A stretch of DNA of 64,000 bases from Bacteroidales bacterium (GCA_028684405.1 JAQUGA010000001.1:1833-65832); one strand, 5' to 3'. Numbered from the stretch's first letter, positions 38,370 through 47,922 are shown. The notes: generated by a model from the sequence alone, not told the origin. Translations and numbers: made by a program.

Positions 38370-38509
38370 GCATTTCGACAGTTCGACGGAGTTTATCCCG
38401 AGAATCGGGGATCATCGCTCCGCTACACTCAATGTGAAAGAATTCCGCTCAACGACAGACAGAGAATGGCTCGACAACCAAGAACATCTCAACGACCGAC
38501 CAAGAACTC
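38370..38509. repeat. GC-rich mosaic intergenic element, copy A
   Basis: Locally GC-rich in an AT-rich genome. Shares gcatttcga, tcgctccgct and ctcaacg words with 63165-63420. Internal repeat ctcaacgac at 38448 and 38488. Mini-hairpin cccga-gaa-tcggg at 38397-38409. Confidence 0.6.
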
Positions 38510-39598
38510 TCACTCTTTACTATTTTGCATTTTATACTGAAGCGGAGTCATTCCCGTAACATTCTTAAATACCGTAAAGAAAGATGATTTGCTATTAAAC
38601 CCACAATCGTATCCAATGGCTTCAATAGAATAGAGATTATTGGGGTCTAAAAGTTTCTTTTTCACCGCTTCCACGCGATAGTCATTTATAAATCTGAAAA
38701 AGTTTTTTCCAATTTCAGAATTTATCACTTCAGTTAATTGATGTTTTGGAACATCGAGCATTTCGCTCAGCATATTCATGTTTAAATCGGGATTCAGGTA
38801 AATTTTCGAACTCTCTACTAAGCGAATTAGTGCCTCTTTTATAGATTCCTTTCGTTCGGTAGAAAGCACCGAATTTTGATATTTTTCCTTAACCTCTTCT
38901 AAAGGATTTTCTTCGGTTTGAAAAACTCGCTCTTGCCTTAAACCATAAAAACTTAGAATATAAATAAGTACCAGCAAAGCAGAGTAATTATATACGTACT
39001 GTGAAAGTCCGCTTCCGGGAACGCTCACTTGTATAACTCCTAAAATAAGGCTAAATGCACAATATAAATTATATAGAACAACGATGGATATAATCCATTT
39101 TAATTTTTTTTCGCTTTCGATGGTAGAAAATTCGTTTTCGAGTTTTTTCCGATGTCTGAAAACCATGGCTGCACTTAGATAATTATATACAAGCCAAGAT
39201 ATTACAGAAGCGATGGAAAACAAAAACCGGAACCACTGCGTGGAGTCATTTTCGAAAAAGTTATGTAAGGTCGATTTTTCCTCAAGTAAATATGATGCAG
39301 ACTCAAAAACAATGAAAGGAACAAGATGTAAAAGCTGTGAGGCTTTAAGTTTGAATCCGGCCTTTGTAAGCGATCTGATATAAAGAAAAAAAGCAGGGTT
39401 GAACAATAAAAATGAACTGGATAAAAGCGGAACACCCCACACTAAATAATCTATTCCACACGTTAAAAACTCAGCAGCTAGCAAAAAGAGCCAGGTAGCA
39501 AGAATCCTATCTTGTTTCTGAATATTCTTTTTTGCTGCAACAAGGATAGCTGCAAACAAGCTTTGCGAAAAACCAACCCAAACTATTGTTGTTAACAT
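38510..39598 (-). CDS. membrane-anchored AraC family transcriptional regulator
   Basis: About 6 N-terminal TM segments. C-terminal HTH_18 (IEAIGYDCGFNSKSSFFTVFKNVTGMTPLQYK). Confidence 0.85.
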   Translation of the reverse strand: MLTTIVWVGFSQSLFAAILVAAKKNIQKQDRILATWLFLLAAEFLTCGIDYLVWGVPLLSSSFLLFNPAFFLYIRSLTKAGFKLKASQLLHLVPFIVFESASYLLEEKSTLHNFFENDSTQWFRFLFSIASVISWLVYNYLSAAMVFRHRKKLENEFSTIESEKKLKWIISIVVLYNLYCAFSLILGVIQVSVPGSGLSQYVYNYSALLVLIYILSFYGLRQERVFQTEENPLEEVKEKYQNSVLSTERKESIKEALIRLVESSKIYLNPDLNMNMLSEMLDVPKHQLTEVINSEIGKNFFRFINDYRVEAVKKKLLDPNNLYSIEAIGYDCGFNSKSSFFTVFKNVTGMTPLQYKMQNSKE

Positions 39599-39731
39599 TT
39601 CAGTTTTTTAGGTAAAGATAATTAATTTCCCAATTACGCATTATCGAATGCGAATCGGTAAAAATACAATTTTTCTGGTTTGATGTAGATTGAGTTTTAA
39701 TAATAAAACATAGATGAAGCAAATACTCAAA

Positions 39732-39765
39732 AAAGAAAGCATAACCAATTGGTTACGCTTTCTTT
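39732..39765 (-). terminator. intrinsic terminator of 39822..40199
   Basis: aaagaaagc / gctttcttt arms enclose the inner palindrome taaccaattggtta. On the minus strand a T-run follows. Confidence 0.7.
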
Positions 39766-39821
39766 AAAAATAATTCTATTTTAATTTGGATTTTAACCTG
39801 GCAATAATTTATTTAAAAATA

Positions 39822-40199
39822 CTACCTAAACATCCATCTAACCAATCCGACTTCGCCAACTTGCATCTCTATGACCAGCGAGAGAAGGCTGTTTTCAACT
39901 ACGGCATAAGCAGTAATATTATCCAATGTTAGAGTTTTTCCATCTTCTGCCAATTTCCAAGTGCCTGTTTTTATGTCGTCGCAACTGTCTTTGATAACAT
40001 ATGACCCATCCGTTTTAAAGTCCCATTTAGAATTCAAATCGCAATCGGTATCAACATTTATACTTAATACGGTCTTGGATATTAAATGCCAATTCTTTAC
40101 TATCATATTGACTTCCGTTGTTTCTTTTTTACAAGATTGAAAAAGAAATCCAGATGATACTAGGATGGCTAAAATTATTAAACCAATTTTTTGTTTCAT
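39822..40199 (-). CDS. lipocalin-like domain lipoprotein (paralog of 2757..3194)
   Basis: Lipobox FQSCKKETT. KNWHL...WDFKTDGSY...TGTWKL pattern. Confidence 0.7.
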   Translation of the reverse strand: MKQKIGLIILAILVSSGFLFQSCKKETTEVNMIVKNWHLISKTVLSINVDTDCDLNSKWDFKTDGSYVIKDSCDDIKTGTWKLAEDGKTLTLDNITAYAVVENSLLSLVIEMQVGEVGLVRWMFR

Positions 40200-40485
40200 T
40201 TTGTTTGTTTTAGGTTGTGTTTGTATTCGTAATGCAAAAATATATCTTCTAACACCGATATGTATTACATAATCCCAAATCTAATTTACATCATTCACAC
40301 TCTCTTAGAAATCCAGACACTGTGACTTCCTGATTATTGCCTTCACATATATAAAAATGCAAACCGTGGGTTCCAAACACAATTTGCAACTCTTAAAAAA
40401 CATCTGTAAACAGCCATAGAAAGAGCAAATAATAGGTTTTTGAAATATTGACGCTCATTTTTATCCTTTATAATTAAACATGTTT

Positions 40486-40493
40486 TATCTTTG
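40486..40493 (+). promoter_or_regulatory. candidate Bacteroidota -7 box (TATCTTTG) upstream of nagB-like gene
   Basis: Exact match to TAnnTTTG about 50 nt upstream of the ATG at 40544. No clear -33 TTTG. Confidence 0.3.
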
Positions 40494-40543
40494 CAAAGAT
40501 TATTGTCTAAAACGATTTTGAAAAACACTCTAATACCTGTAAT

Positions 40544-42889
40544 ATGGACACTGCAATTCATTCAAATAATGTATTTTCAAAGGTAGAGCAAGCATTTGAA
40601 AAGGAGTCAAAACGGAAAAATAAATCTACAGAAATTCCATATATTGCCGTTGATAGTTTCCCTAAACTTGGACTGCTTACAGCCCTTCGATTTATTGAGT
40701 GGGTTTCCCAAAATCCAAAAGGAGTAATTAGCCTTCCTACAGGGAAAACTCCCGAGTATTTCATCATGTGGACAACCTATATTTTAAACAATTGGAATGA
40801 AAAAAAAGTGTCCACCATTCTCGAAAAATACGGATTAAAAGGCTTGAAAAAACCCTCTTTATCGGAATTGCAATTTGTTCAGATTGACGAGTTTTATCCT
40901 ATTAGTTCCAAGCAGCACAATAGCTTTTACAACTATGTAATCAATTTTTACTTCAAAGGCTTTGGACTGGATATTAACAAAGCACTATTGATTAATGCCG
41001 ACAAAATCCCACTACCCGAAGGCAAACATTTTGATGAGGTTTTTCCCGACCACAATGTAGATTTATCTCTTCGTTACAAAGATTGTTCTACATCCTCAGA
41101 AAAGCTTCAGCAAAAGGCCATTTTTATGATTGACGAATGGTGTAGCGAATACGAGCAAAAAATTAGAGACAAAGGTGGAATTGGCTTCTTTTTGGGTGGG
41201 ATTGGCCCCGATGGACACATAGCATTTAATACTCGTGGATCTGATATGCATTCTACAACACGCTTAACTTCTACAAATTTTGAAACACAAGCTGTCGCTG
41301 CTGGAGATTTGGGCGGAATTGCAGTTTCAAGCAAACGGAAAGTAATTACCATTGGTTTAGAAACCATCACCTATAAACCAGATGCCGTTGCAATAATTAT
41401 TGCAGCAGGTGAAGGAAAAGCCGATATCGTTAAACATTCGCTCGAAAACAAACTCACTAATTTTTATCCAGCAACGATTCTGACCAAACTTAAAAATAGT
41501 AGATTTTTCTTAACCGAGGGGTCGGCTTCGAAACTCACCGATTCTGTAAAAGCATATTTTCATGAAGCGCCATGGACTGAAGAAAAGACAGAAAGAGCCA
41601 TTATGGATTTATGCCATAAGTTGCATAAATATGCACATCTAATCACTCTTGACGAGCTTCGAGATGATGAATATTGTATGTTGATTCCCAATTTAAGCGA
41701 AAATACAATCGACTCTGTAATCGAAAGCATTACAAAAAAAATAGAATTAGGATTAAAACTTCCTAAAAATGAACGTTTTTTACACACCGGGCCACATCAT
41801 GACGACATCATGTTGGGTATTTTTCCATACATATCCAATCATTTTCAAGAAAGTTCGAACCGCTTTAATTTTGCAATTCTTACTTCTGGATTTAATGCAG
41901 TAACCAACTCTTTTGTTATCGATGCATTAGAAGACACAAAAAAATTCCTTGATAAAGACCAAATTCAAATGGTAGATTATTCGGATTTCTTCGAAGTGGG
42001 TTACTTGTACAAATGGGACAAAGATATTTATCATTATCTTACCCGCCTTGGAGCCAAAGATTCCGTGCAAATGCGAAGAGGATTTTGTCACAGAGTTGTT
42101 CGTGCGATAACTAAAATTTACGAAGTAAAAACCGTTGATCAACTTCGCGATACCATCAATGAAGTGATAAGGATTTTGAAAAGAAGCTTCGATGGCGAGA
42201 AAAACTCGCCAAAAATTCAAAAATTAAAAGGAATGCTTCGCGAATTTGAAGAAGAGTTGGTATGGGCACATTTTGGCATTCAAGGGAAAAACATTAAGCA
42301 TTTGCGATTGGGGTTTTATAAAGGTGATATTTTTACCGAACAACCTGAAAAAAAACGTGATGTGGAGCCTATTTTAGCAATCCTCGAAAAAACAAATCCA
42401 AGCATTATTAGCCTGGCATTCGACCCCGAAGGAAGTGGCCCCGACACTCATTATAAAGTATTGCAAGCAATAGCTGAAGCACTGCGTGAATGGCAAAAAA
42501 CAAGCGATCTGTCCGATGTCAAAGTTTGGGGATATCGCAACGTTTGGCACCGATTTCATCCGGCTGAGGCCAATGTTATTATCCCGGTATCATTAAACTC
42601 TATGACTTCGATGGACAATGTCTTTAGCAGCAGCTATTTGAGTCAGGTTGATGCTCCATTTCCAAGTTTTGAAATGAACGACAAGTTTAGTTTGCTTTCT
42701 CAAAAAATATGGGGCGAACAGCTTTCTTCCATCCAGTTACTTTTAGGAAAAGATTATTTTTACCAAAATGAAAATTCGAGACTCAGATCCTGCCATGGAC
42801 TGATCTTTATGAAAGAGATGTCGGTTGAGGAATTCCTAACCCATGCCCGTAGACTTGAAAAATCGACCGAAGGAGAAATTCAATTATAG
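40544..42889 (+). CDS. nagB: glucosamine-6-phosphate deaminase (NagB) fused to a PIG-L/LmbE-like deacetylase-type C-terminal domain
   Basis: N-terminal half has SLPTGKTP, QIDEF and GGIGPDGHIAFN. C-terminal half has HTGPHHDDIMLG (PIG-L-like metal motif). 781 aa. Confidence 0.8.
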   Translation: MDTAIHSNNVFSKVEQAFEKESKRKNKSTEIPYIAVDSFPKLGLLTALRFIEWVSQNPKGVISLPTGKTPEYFIMWTTYILNNWNEKKVSTILEKYGLKGLKKPSLSELQFVQIDEFYPISSKQHNSFYNYVINFYFKGFGLDINKALLINADKIPLPEGKHFDEVFPDHNVDLSLRYKDCSTSSEKLQQKAIFMIDEWCSEYEQKIRDKGGIGFFLGGIGPDGHIAFNTRGSDMHSTTRLTSTNFETQAVAAGDLGGIAVSSKRKVITIGLETITYKPDAVAIIIAAGEGKADIVKHSLENKLTNFYPATILTKLKNSRFFLTEGSASKLTDSVKAYFHEAPWTEEKTERAIMDLCHKLHKYAHLITLDELRDDEYCMLIPNLSENTIDSVIESITKKIELGLKLPKNERFLHTGPHHDDIMLGIFPYISNHFQESSNRFNFAILTSGFNAVTNSFVIDALEDTKKFLDKDQIQMVDYSDFFEVGYLYKWDKDIYHYLTRLGAKDSVQMRRGFCHRVVRAITKIYEVKTVDQLRDTINEVIRILKRSFDGEKNSPKIQKLKGMLREFEEELVWAHFGIQGKNIKHLRLGFYKGDIFTEQPEKKRDVEPILAILEKTNPSIISLAFDPEGSGPDTHYKVLQAIAEALREWQKTSDLSDVKVWGYRNVWHRFHPAEANVIIPVSLNSMTSMDNVFSSSYLSQVDAPFPSFEMNDKFSLLSQKIWGEQLSSIQLLLGKDYFYQNENSRLRSCHGLIFMKEMSVEEFLTHARRLEKSTEGEIQL

Positions 42890-42911
42890 ATTCTTTTTTA
42901 TTTTCCGAATG

Positions 42912-44033
42912 TTATTCACTCTCTGGAATGGAAAACCTATCACGACCATCGGTTAGCCATTCTAATGTGAGTCTGACAAATACATTTTGCTGATAATTGT
43001 CTTTCTCGAAAAACAGACCTATATCTCCATTTGATAAAACAGTCAAGGAAGAGTATGCAGCACTTCCTGCATAAATGGTTTTTCCTTCTGTCCACGTTTT
43101 TCCTTCGTCGTAGCTAATTCGGATGCTCATGTTTTTGCGTTCGTCTTTCATTTTTGCATTTGCAAACAGGAGTCTGTTATTATCTGCCCCTTTGTTGATG
43201 GAAGTATATCGAATTATACTGGCATTGCAAGCGGGATCAATAAGAGCAGAATCGGGTTTGGAAAGCCACGTTAAGCCTTCATCATTAGATGTGTGAACGA
43301 ACCTGAGACCAGCTCCTTGCACGCGGCTGTTTATCATCCAAGTGCCGTCTGATAATTCAACTATTTTTGATTCATCCGCCGGAACAATCGGGTTGTCAAT
43401 AAAGTACCAAGTTTCACCATGATCGTCACTTCCAAATAAATAAAGTCCCTTTTCTAAATTTACCAAAGTGTGAATTAATTTACCGCTTTGGGTTTGAATT
43501 CCTCGTCCAGAAGTAATAAATTTGAAATCATGATGCCATTCGGGTTTTGTGATTTGTGAACTTATGTCCTCTGGCTGACTCCACGTTTTTCCATTATCAG
43601 TACTTTTTATCACCTTTAAATAGTACACATCTTTTTCGTTTTCTAAATCCATAAAATTAAAAAACAGAAAAATTGTTCCTGTAATTTCATCAACAATCAT
43701 CGAAGGATCGGAAGCAGATTTTCCCAAAGGATAGTCGACAATTGTTTCAATTTCCGACCATGAATCGCCATTATCCTTGCTCCTGCGAATCACAATATTA
43801 ATATCGTTACTCCATTTTAAATCGCCGCACGAAGGCACTCTTTGGTCTATAGCGGCAATTAAATCTCCATTGGGAGCCGTAACAATTGCTGGAATTCTAA
43901 AACAAGAAACTCCCTTTTGCATTTCAGACGAAAATAGATTTATCAATTTAGGAGTTCCAAAATCCCTATTTTCATTCTGAGGATAAAGTTTTAAAAACAG
44001 GGCTGAAAAGAGAATTATAAAAAACGTTTTCAT
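42912..44033 (-). CDS. GH33 exo-alpha-sialidase
   Basis: FRIP motif (CFRIPAIV) and five Asp-boxes (SKDNGDSW, STDNGKTW, SDDHGETW, SNDEGLTW, SYDEGKTW). Signal peptide present. Confidence 0.9.
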   Translation of the reverse strand: MKTFFIILFSALFLKLYPQNENRDFGTPKLINLFSSEMQKGVSCFRIPAIVTAPNGDLIAAIDQRVPSCGDLKWSNDINIVIRRSKDNGDSWSEIETIVDYPLGKSASDPSMIVDEITGTIFLFFNFMDLENEKDVYYLKVIKSTDNGKTWSQPEDISSQITKPEWHHDFKFITSGRGIQTQSGKLIHTLVNLEKGLYLFGSDDHGETWYFIDNPIVPADESKIVELSDGTWMINSRVQGAGLRFVHTSNDEGLTWLSKPDSALIDPACNASIIRYTSINKGADNNRLLFANAKMKDERKNMSIRISYDEGKTWTEGKTIYAGSAAYSSLTVLSNGDIGLFFEKDNYQQNVFVRLTLEWLTDGRDRFSIPESE

Positions 44034-44573
44034 GAAATAAATAGTTTAATTGAACAAAAATAGACAAAAACCATAGGAAGACACAAAATAAATGGAATAA
44101 TCAAAACTTGGCAATTTGATGGCTCTGTGAAGCGATGAAAATAGATGCGTTTTCTCCAGAAAACTTATCCTCTATGCAACTGCTATATGGGCATGACCAG
44201 TGGAGGATTGAAATTGTTTGCGAAAATTTAGGAAATGTTTAGGAGTGAATTTTGATAGTTTTTTTGTTTTTATTTGTTCGGATGAGATACTTAAATATGT
44301 AATAATTTCAGAAGTCTTTTTTCTAAGCTTAATATGCAATGACTTGATTTTCAGTGCATTACAAGCAGGCTGTGCTTTATTGCGTCTTTTTATTAATCTT
44401 TCTTTTCCACAAATATGTTTCTACATAGATGTAATAATATAAAAATCAGCTTATTGTGAATTGTGAAACTAAATTTAACAAAAAAACATTAGAATTGTTC
44501 TAATTTAAGACAACCTTCTCTGTTTTTTAAATGTCTATTATAAAAACAAAGTATAAACTTAATACTTAAAGCT

Positions 44574-44663
44574 ATGAAAACAATACATAAAATATTATTA
44601 TGGGGTTCTTATGTTGCTATTATTGGTACTTTAATACTAATCTCTTATCTTTTCAGTTATTAA
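44574..44663 (+). CDS. possible 29-aa single-TM micropeptide
   Basis: My own reading gives MKTIHKILLWGSYVAIIGTLILISYLFSY*. A plus-strand hairpin with T7 tract begins 24 nt after the stop. Not in the ORF track because it is too short. Confidence 0.3.
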   Translation: MKTIHKILLWGSYVAIIGTLILISYLFSY

Positions 44664-44686
44664 TTTTACTAGTTAATATTCCCCTT

Positions 44687-44718
44687 CGGCTATTTTTTAA
44701 AAAAGTAGCCGTTTTTTT
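44687..44718 (+). terminator. hairpin cggcta...tagccg followed by T7
   Basis: cggctattttttaaaaaagtagccg, then ttttttt (44712-44718). The T-tract overlaps the stop of the convergent rhodanese gene. Confidence 0.55.
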
Positions 44719-45124
44719 ATTCCAAAATATCGGGTGTTTCACTGTTGCACTTACAGCAGTGAGAATCGAAAATGTCTTCGGGAAGGATATCGGGATTGGA
44801 TTTCATTGGATGTCCTTCCATCGACCACTGAATAATGCCTCCCGTAAGGATGTAAACCTCTTTATAGCGTTGTTTTAGCAGAAAGTCATGTGCTTTTTCA
44901 CAGTGAATTCCAGTAAGACAAACCAAGATTATTTTTTTGCTTTTTGGAATATTTTGATAGTTCTTTTCAAAAGTACTAAATGGAAAATTAAATACATTAA
45001 AAACATCCATTGATTTATCTGCAAACTCAAAGTCTTCTCGTAAATCAATAAAAAGAGTATCAATCCCTACACTATTAAGTGCTTCTGCCGACGTAATTTC
45101 TTTTGTTTCGTATTGAGTATTCAT
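44717..45124 (-). CDS. rhodanese-like domain protein
   Basis: 135 aa. Active-site loop region ILVCLTGIHCEKA and ILTGGIIQW. Confidence 0.7.
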   Translation of the reverse strand: MNTQYETKEITSAEALNSVGIDTLFIDLREDFEFADKSMDVFNVFNFPFSTFEKNYQNIPKSKKIILVCLTGIHCEKAHDFLLKQRYKEVYILTGGIIQWSMEGHPMKSNPDILPEDIFDSHCCKCNSETPDILE

Positions 45125-45137
45125 GTTTGTTTGTTAT

Positions 45138-46274
45138 TTAAAATTCGTCGAAATTATAAGAACCGGGACCTGTTCTCATAATTTCAAAATATTTTCGTAA
45201 AAGATTTTGTCCCGCAATGTATGGACTAACTTCACCGCTGGCAACCCTTTTTTCTAAGTCTTTTATCATCGGTTTTATTTCCGGAGAGTGGTAAAAATGT
45301 TGGTTTAAGTGCCGATTGACAAATTCATTTAAGATGTAAATAGATTGTTTATTTCTTTTATTGTCAAAATAGCCATTCCCTTTTGTGAGTTCAACATATT
45401 CATTGATAATGTTTTGAATGTGTTCAACTCCTTGATGGGTTAAAGCGGAGCATGTTTCGGCAAAGGCTTGCCACTGCGATTCGCTCGGAGGAAACAAACG
45501 CAAGGCAGAAGTGTATTGACTTTTGGCCAAAGAGGCTTTGTTGATATTATCTCCGTCTGCTTTGTTAACGACCAGTAAGTCAGCCATTTCCATAATTCCA
45601 CGTTTGATGCCTTGAAGTTCGTCGCCAGCTCCCGAAAGCATCAACAATAAAAAGAAATCCACCATCGAGTGAACTGAAATTTCGGACTGGCCTACGCCAA
45701 CCGTTTCAACAATTATTCGGTCGAAGCCAGCAGCCTCGCACAAAACAATAATTTCTCTGGTTTTACGAGCTACGCCACCCAATGATCCAGCTGAAGGCGA
45801 AGGACGAATAAATGCATTTTTGTCTACAGCAAGTTCTTCCATTCGGGTTTTGTCGCCCAAAATACTTCCTTTTGAACGTTCGCTGCTCGGGTCAATAGCC
45901 AATACTGCCACTTTATGACCATTTGCGGTTAGTAGTTTTCCAAAAGATTCAATAAATGTACTTTTTCCCACACCAGGAACACCCGTAATTCCAATTCGAA
46001 TGGATTTTCCAGAATGAGGCAAACAAGCATCAATAACCTCTTGTGCAAGTGCATAGTGTGCAGGCAAAGAACTTTCAATCAAAGTAATAGCCATGCTCAT
46101 AACAACGATGTCGCTGGCTAAAATTCCTTCAACATATTCCTCTTTTGTTAATACTCTTTTTTTTCTCTTGTACTTCTGAGAATAGGGGCTCATCGTTGAT
46201 GGACGATCAATGCCTTCGTTGACTTTCAATGCCGATTCAAATTTTTGCTCTTCTTCCTTTTTCATGCTAATCAA
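45138..46274 (-). CDS. meaB: MeaB/ArgK-type G-protein chaperone (methylmalonyl-CoA mutase-associated GTPase family)
   Basis: P-loop GITGVPGVGKST, VETVGVGQSE and NKAD (VVNKADGDN). Confidence 0.85.
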   Translation of the reverse strand: MISMKKEEEQKFESALKVNEGIDRPSTMSPYSQKYKRKKRVLTKEEYVEGILASDIVVMSMAITLIESSLPAHYALAQEVIDACLPHSGKSIRIGITGVPGVGKSTFIESFGKLLTANGHKVAVLAIDPSSERSKGSILGDKTRMEELAVDKNAFIRPSPSAGSLGGVARKTREIIVLCEAAGFDRIIVETVGVGQSEISVHSMVDFFLLLMLSGAGDELQGIKRGIMEMADLLVVNKADGDNINKASLAKSQYTSALRLFPPSESQWQAFAETCSALTHQGVEHIQNIINEYVELTKGNGYFDNKRNKQSIYILNEFVNRHLNQHFYHSPEIKPMIKDLEKRVASGEVSPYIAGQNLLRKYFEIMRTGPGSYNFDEF

Positions 46275-47922
46275 TCTTGAGTTTCAAAAATATCTCATCC
46301 AAATCTATCGACTCCTCAATCTCCCAATTTGCTTTGACCGCAAATGGCTTTTCTAAAAAATGTTTAGGCTCAGGCTGCATTTTCGTAAAGTAATTGCCGG
46401 TATCCCATCTGCCATTATTATTTATGTCGAAAACAAATGCCATTCGATAGGTTTTTGGTAATTTGTTTCTGTAATGTAAATCTTCAGAATTGAAAATTGT
46501 AGTTTCTTCGAGTATTTTACCTTGTTCATCCACCAGTTGCACCAGAACGGGAACCGTTTGATTGTATTTGATTTTTGCTGTAAAATGACCATAATCGGCT
46601 TCGTCTCTGACGTTAATGAGCTGATTGATAGAGTCATTCGTTAAGCCGTTATATCCAATAATAATTGAGTCGGGAATGGAAATTGCGTATTTTGATTTTG
46701 CTAATTTTTCAAAAGATAGCATCACTCTTTTAGGCAAACTCTCATTGATAAACATTTTTCCAGAAAGCGTATCCACTTCATCTTTGATCATTGTAAAATC
46801 TTCATTTAAAATTTCTTTTATTGGAAAAGAAAATTCAATATATGTTGGCAAAAAGGCATGTTCGCCATCAATCAAGCTCCCAAAAAGGTGATTCGAAGCT
46901 TCTACTCCTCTTTTGACGCCTCTGCGAGGAGGTTCCTGCTGTGTAGTGAATTTCAAAGTGTCGGCAAAATTCAAATCTGAAACTTTTAGTAAAATGGTGT
47001 CAACCGACATCTCCAAATCGTAAATTTGAACACTGTCTTTTGTCGTATTAAATTCAAAATAAAAACGTTCATTTTTTATACTTTCATTGAGAACTGAAAA
47101 TTCAATTTCTTGGTATGGATTTTTAAAAGCCAGAGTTTGTAATCCTTTTGCCGTTGAAAAAGAGCGGTTTATTCTTTGGATAGTATCGGCATGAGTAAAT
47201 AGGTATAAATCAATAAAATCACTTTCGGAAATATCTGCAAGTGGTTTGCTTTCAATCATTTCATTATGAAAAGCAAAAGCTTCACTTGCCAAATCAGAAA
47301 TCATATTGTTGTTTTTGTCCAAAAGGGCATAAATTGCATACCTTCCTTCTGCTAAAAATGAAAATGCAAATTCACCAGTTTCATTTGTTTTTGTGAGGTA
47401 GTAGGGTTTTTCAGTAATAGGAAGTGAATCGATATCCGATTTATAAAGAACCACCGACACCTCTTTTTCGGGAAGCAGCGTTTGAGCATTCACCACTTTT
47501 CCTTTTATCGAATTGCTGTCGATAAATGAGCCGGTCGAAAATATGTAAGTAAGTGTTTTAATTGTGTTGTTTTCGGTAATATCTCGAATGCAATTCGCAA
47601 AATTAATCGAGTAGGTAGTATTGCTTTTTAAAGTGTCTTTTATGTTTACGATCAGTACTTTTCCTTTGGTTTTAAACTCGGGAGAGTGGCTTAATGGAGG
47701 AGAAATAAGCACATTATTATTCGGATTTTGCAAAGAAAAGAACTCGTCAAAACTAAGTTTGAATTCATTTTGAGTAACATGAGTTGATCTTTGCTCAGGA
47801 CTTGTTCTCAAAAGTTTTGGAGGCTCGGTGTCCCGCGGTCCGCCCGTGGGAGCCAATATTTGAGCACACGACCAAACCCCAAATGCCAAGCCAATAAAAA
47901 GTATGTTTCGTAAAACTTTCAT
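46267..47922 (-). CDS. Ig-like (SbsA_Ig/Big_5-like) domain lipoprotein
   Basis: I start at MKVLRNILFIGLAFGVWSCAQ (47922). The PPKLLRTSPEQRSTHV motif follows. 8-nt overlap with meaB. Confidence 0.7.
   Translation of the reverse strand: MKVLRNILFIGLAFGVWSCAQILAPTGGPRDTEPPKLLRTSPEQRSTHVTQNEFKLSFDEFFSLQNPNNNVLISPPLSHSPEFKTKGKVLIVNIKDTLKSNTTYSINFANCIRDITENNTIKTLTYIFSTGSFIDSNSIKGKVVNAQTLLPEKEVSVVLYKSDIDSLPITEKPYYLTKTNETGEFAFSFLAEGRYAIYALLDKNNNMISDLASEAFAFHNEMIESKPLADISESDFIDLYLFTHADTIQRINRSFSTAKGLQTLAFKNPYQEIEFSVLNESIKNERFYFEFNTTKDSVQIYDLEMSVDTILLKVSDLNFADTLKFTTQQEPPRRGVKRGVEASNHLFGSLIDGEHAFLPTYIEFSFPIKEILNEDFTMIKDEVDTLSGKMFINESLPKRVMLSFEKLAKSKYAISIPDSIIIGYNGLTNDSINQLINVRDEADYGHFTAKIKYNQTVPVLVQLVDEQGKILEETTIFNSEDLHYRNKLPKTYRMAFVFDINNNGRWDTGNYFTKMQPEPKHFLEKPFAVKANWEIEESIDLDEIFLKLKID

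Noticed and set aside
38313-38540. 75-aa plus-strand ORF between the exporter operon and the AraC gene.
   Set aside because: It is the translation of the GC-rich intergenic repeat (…SSLRYTQCERIPLNDRQ…) and overlaps the AraC stop. I treat it as a repeat, not a gene.
44100-44440. Minus-strand reading resembles a decayed AraC-type HTH tail (…KHFLNFRKQFQSSTGHAHIAVA*…).
   Set aside because: The similarity is weak and interrupted, with no extended alignment I can defend by eye. A blastx search would be needed before calling a pseudogene.
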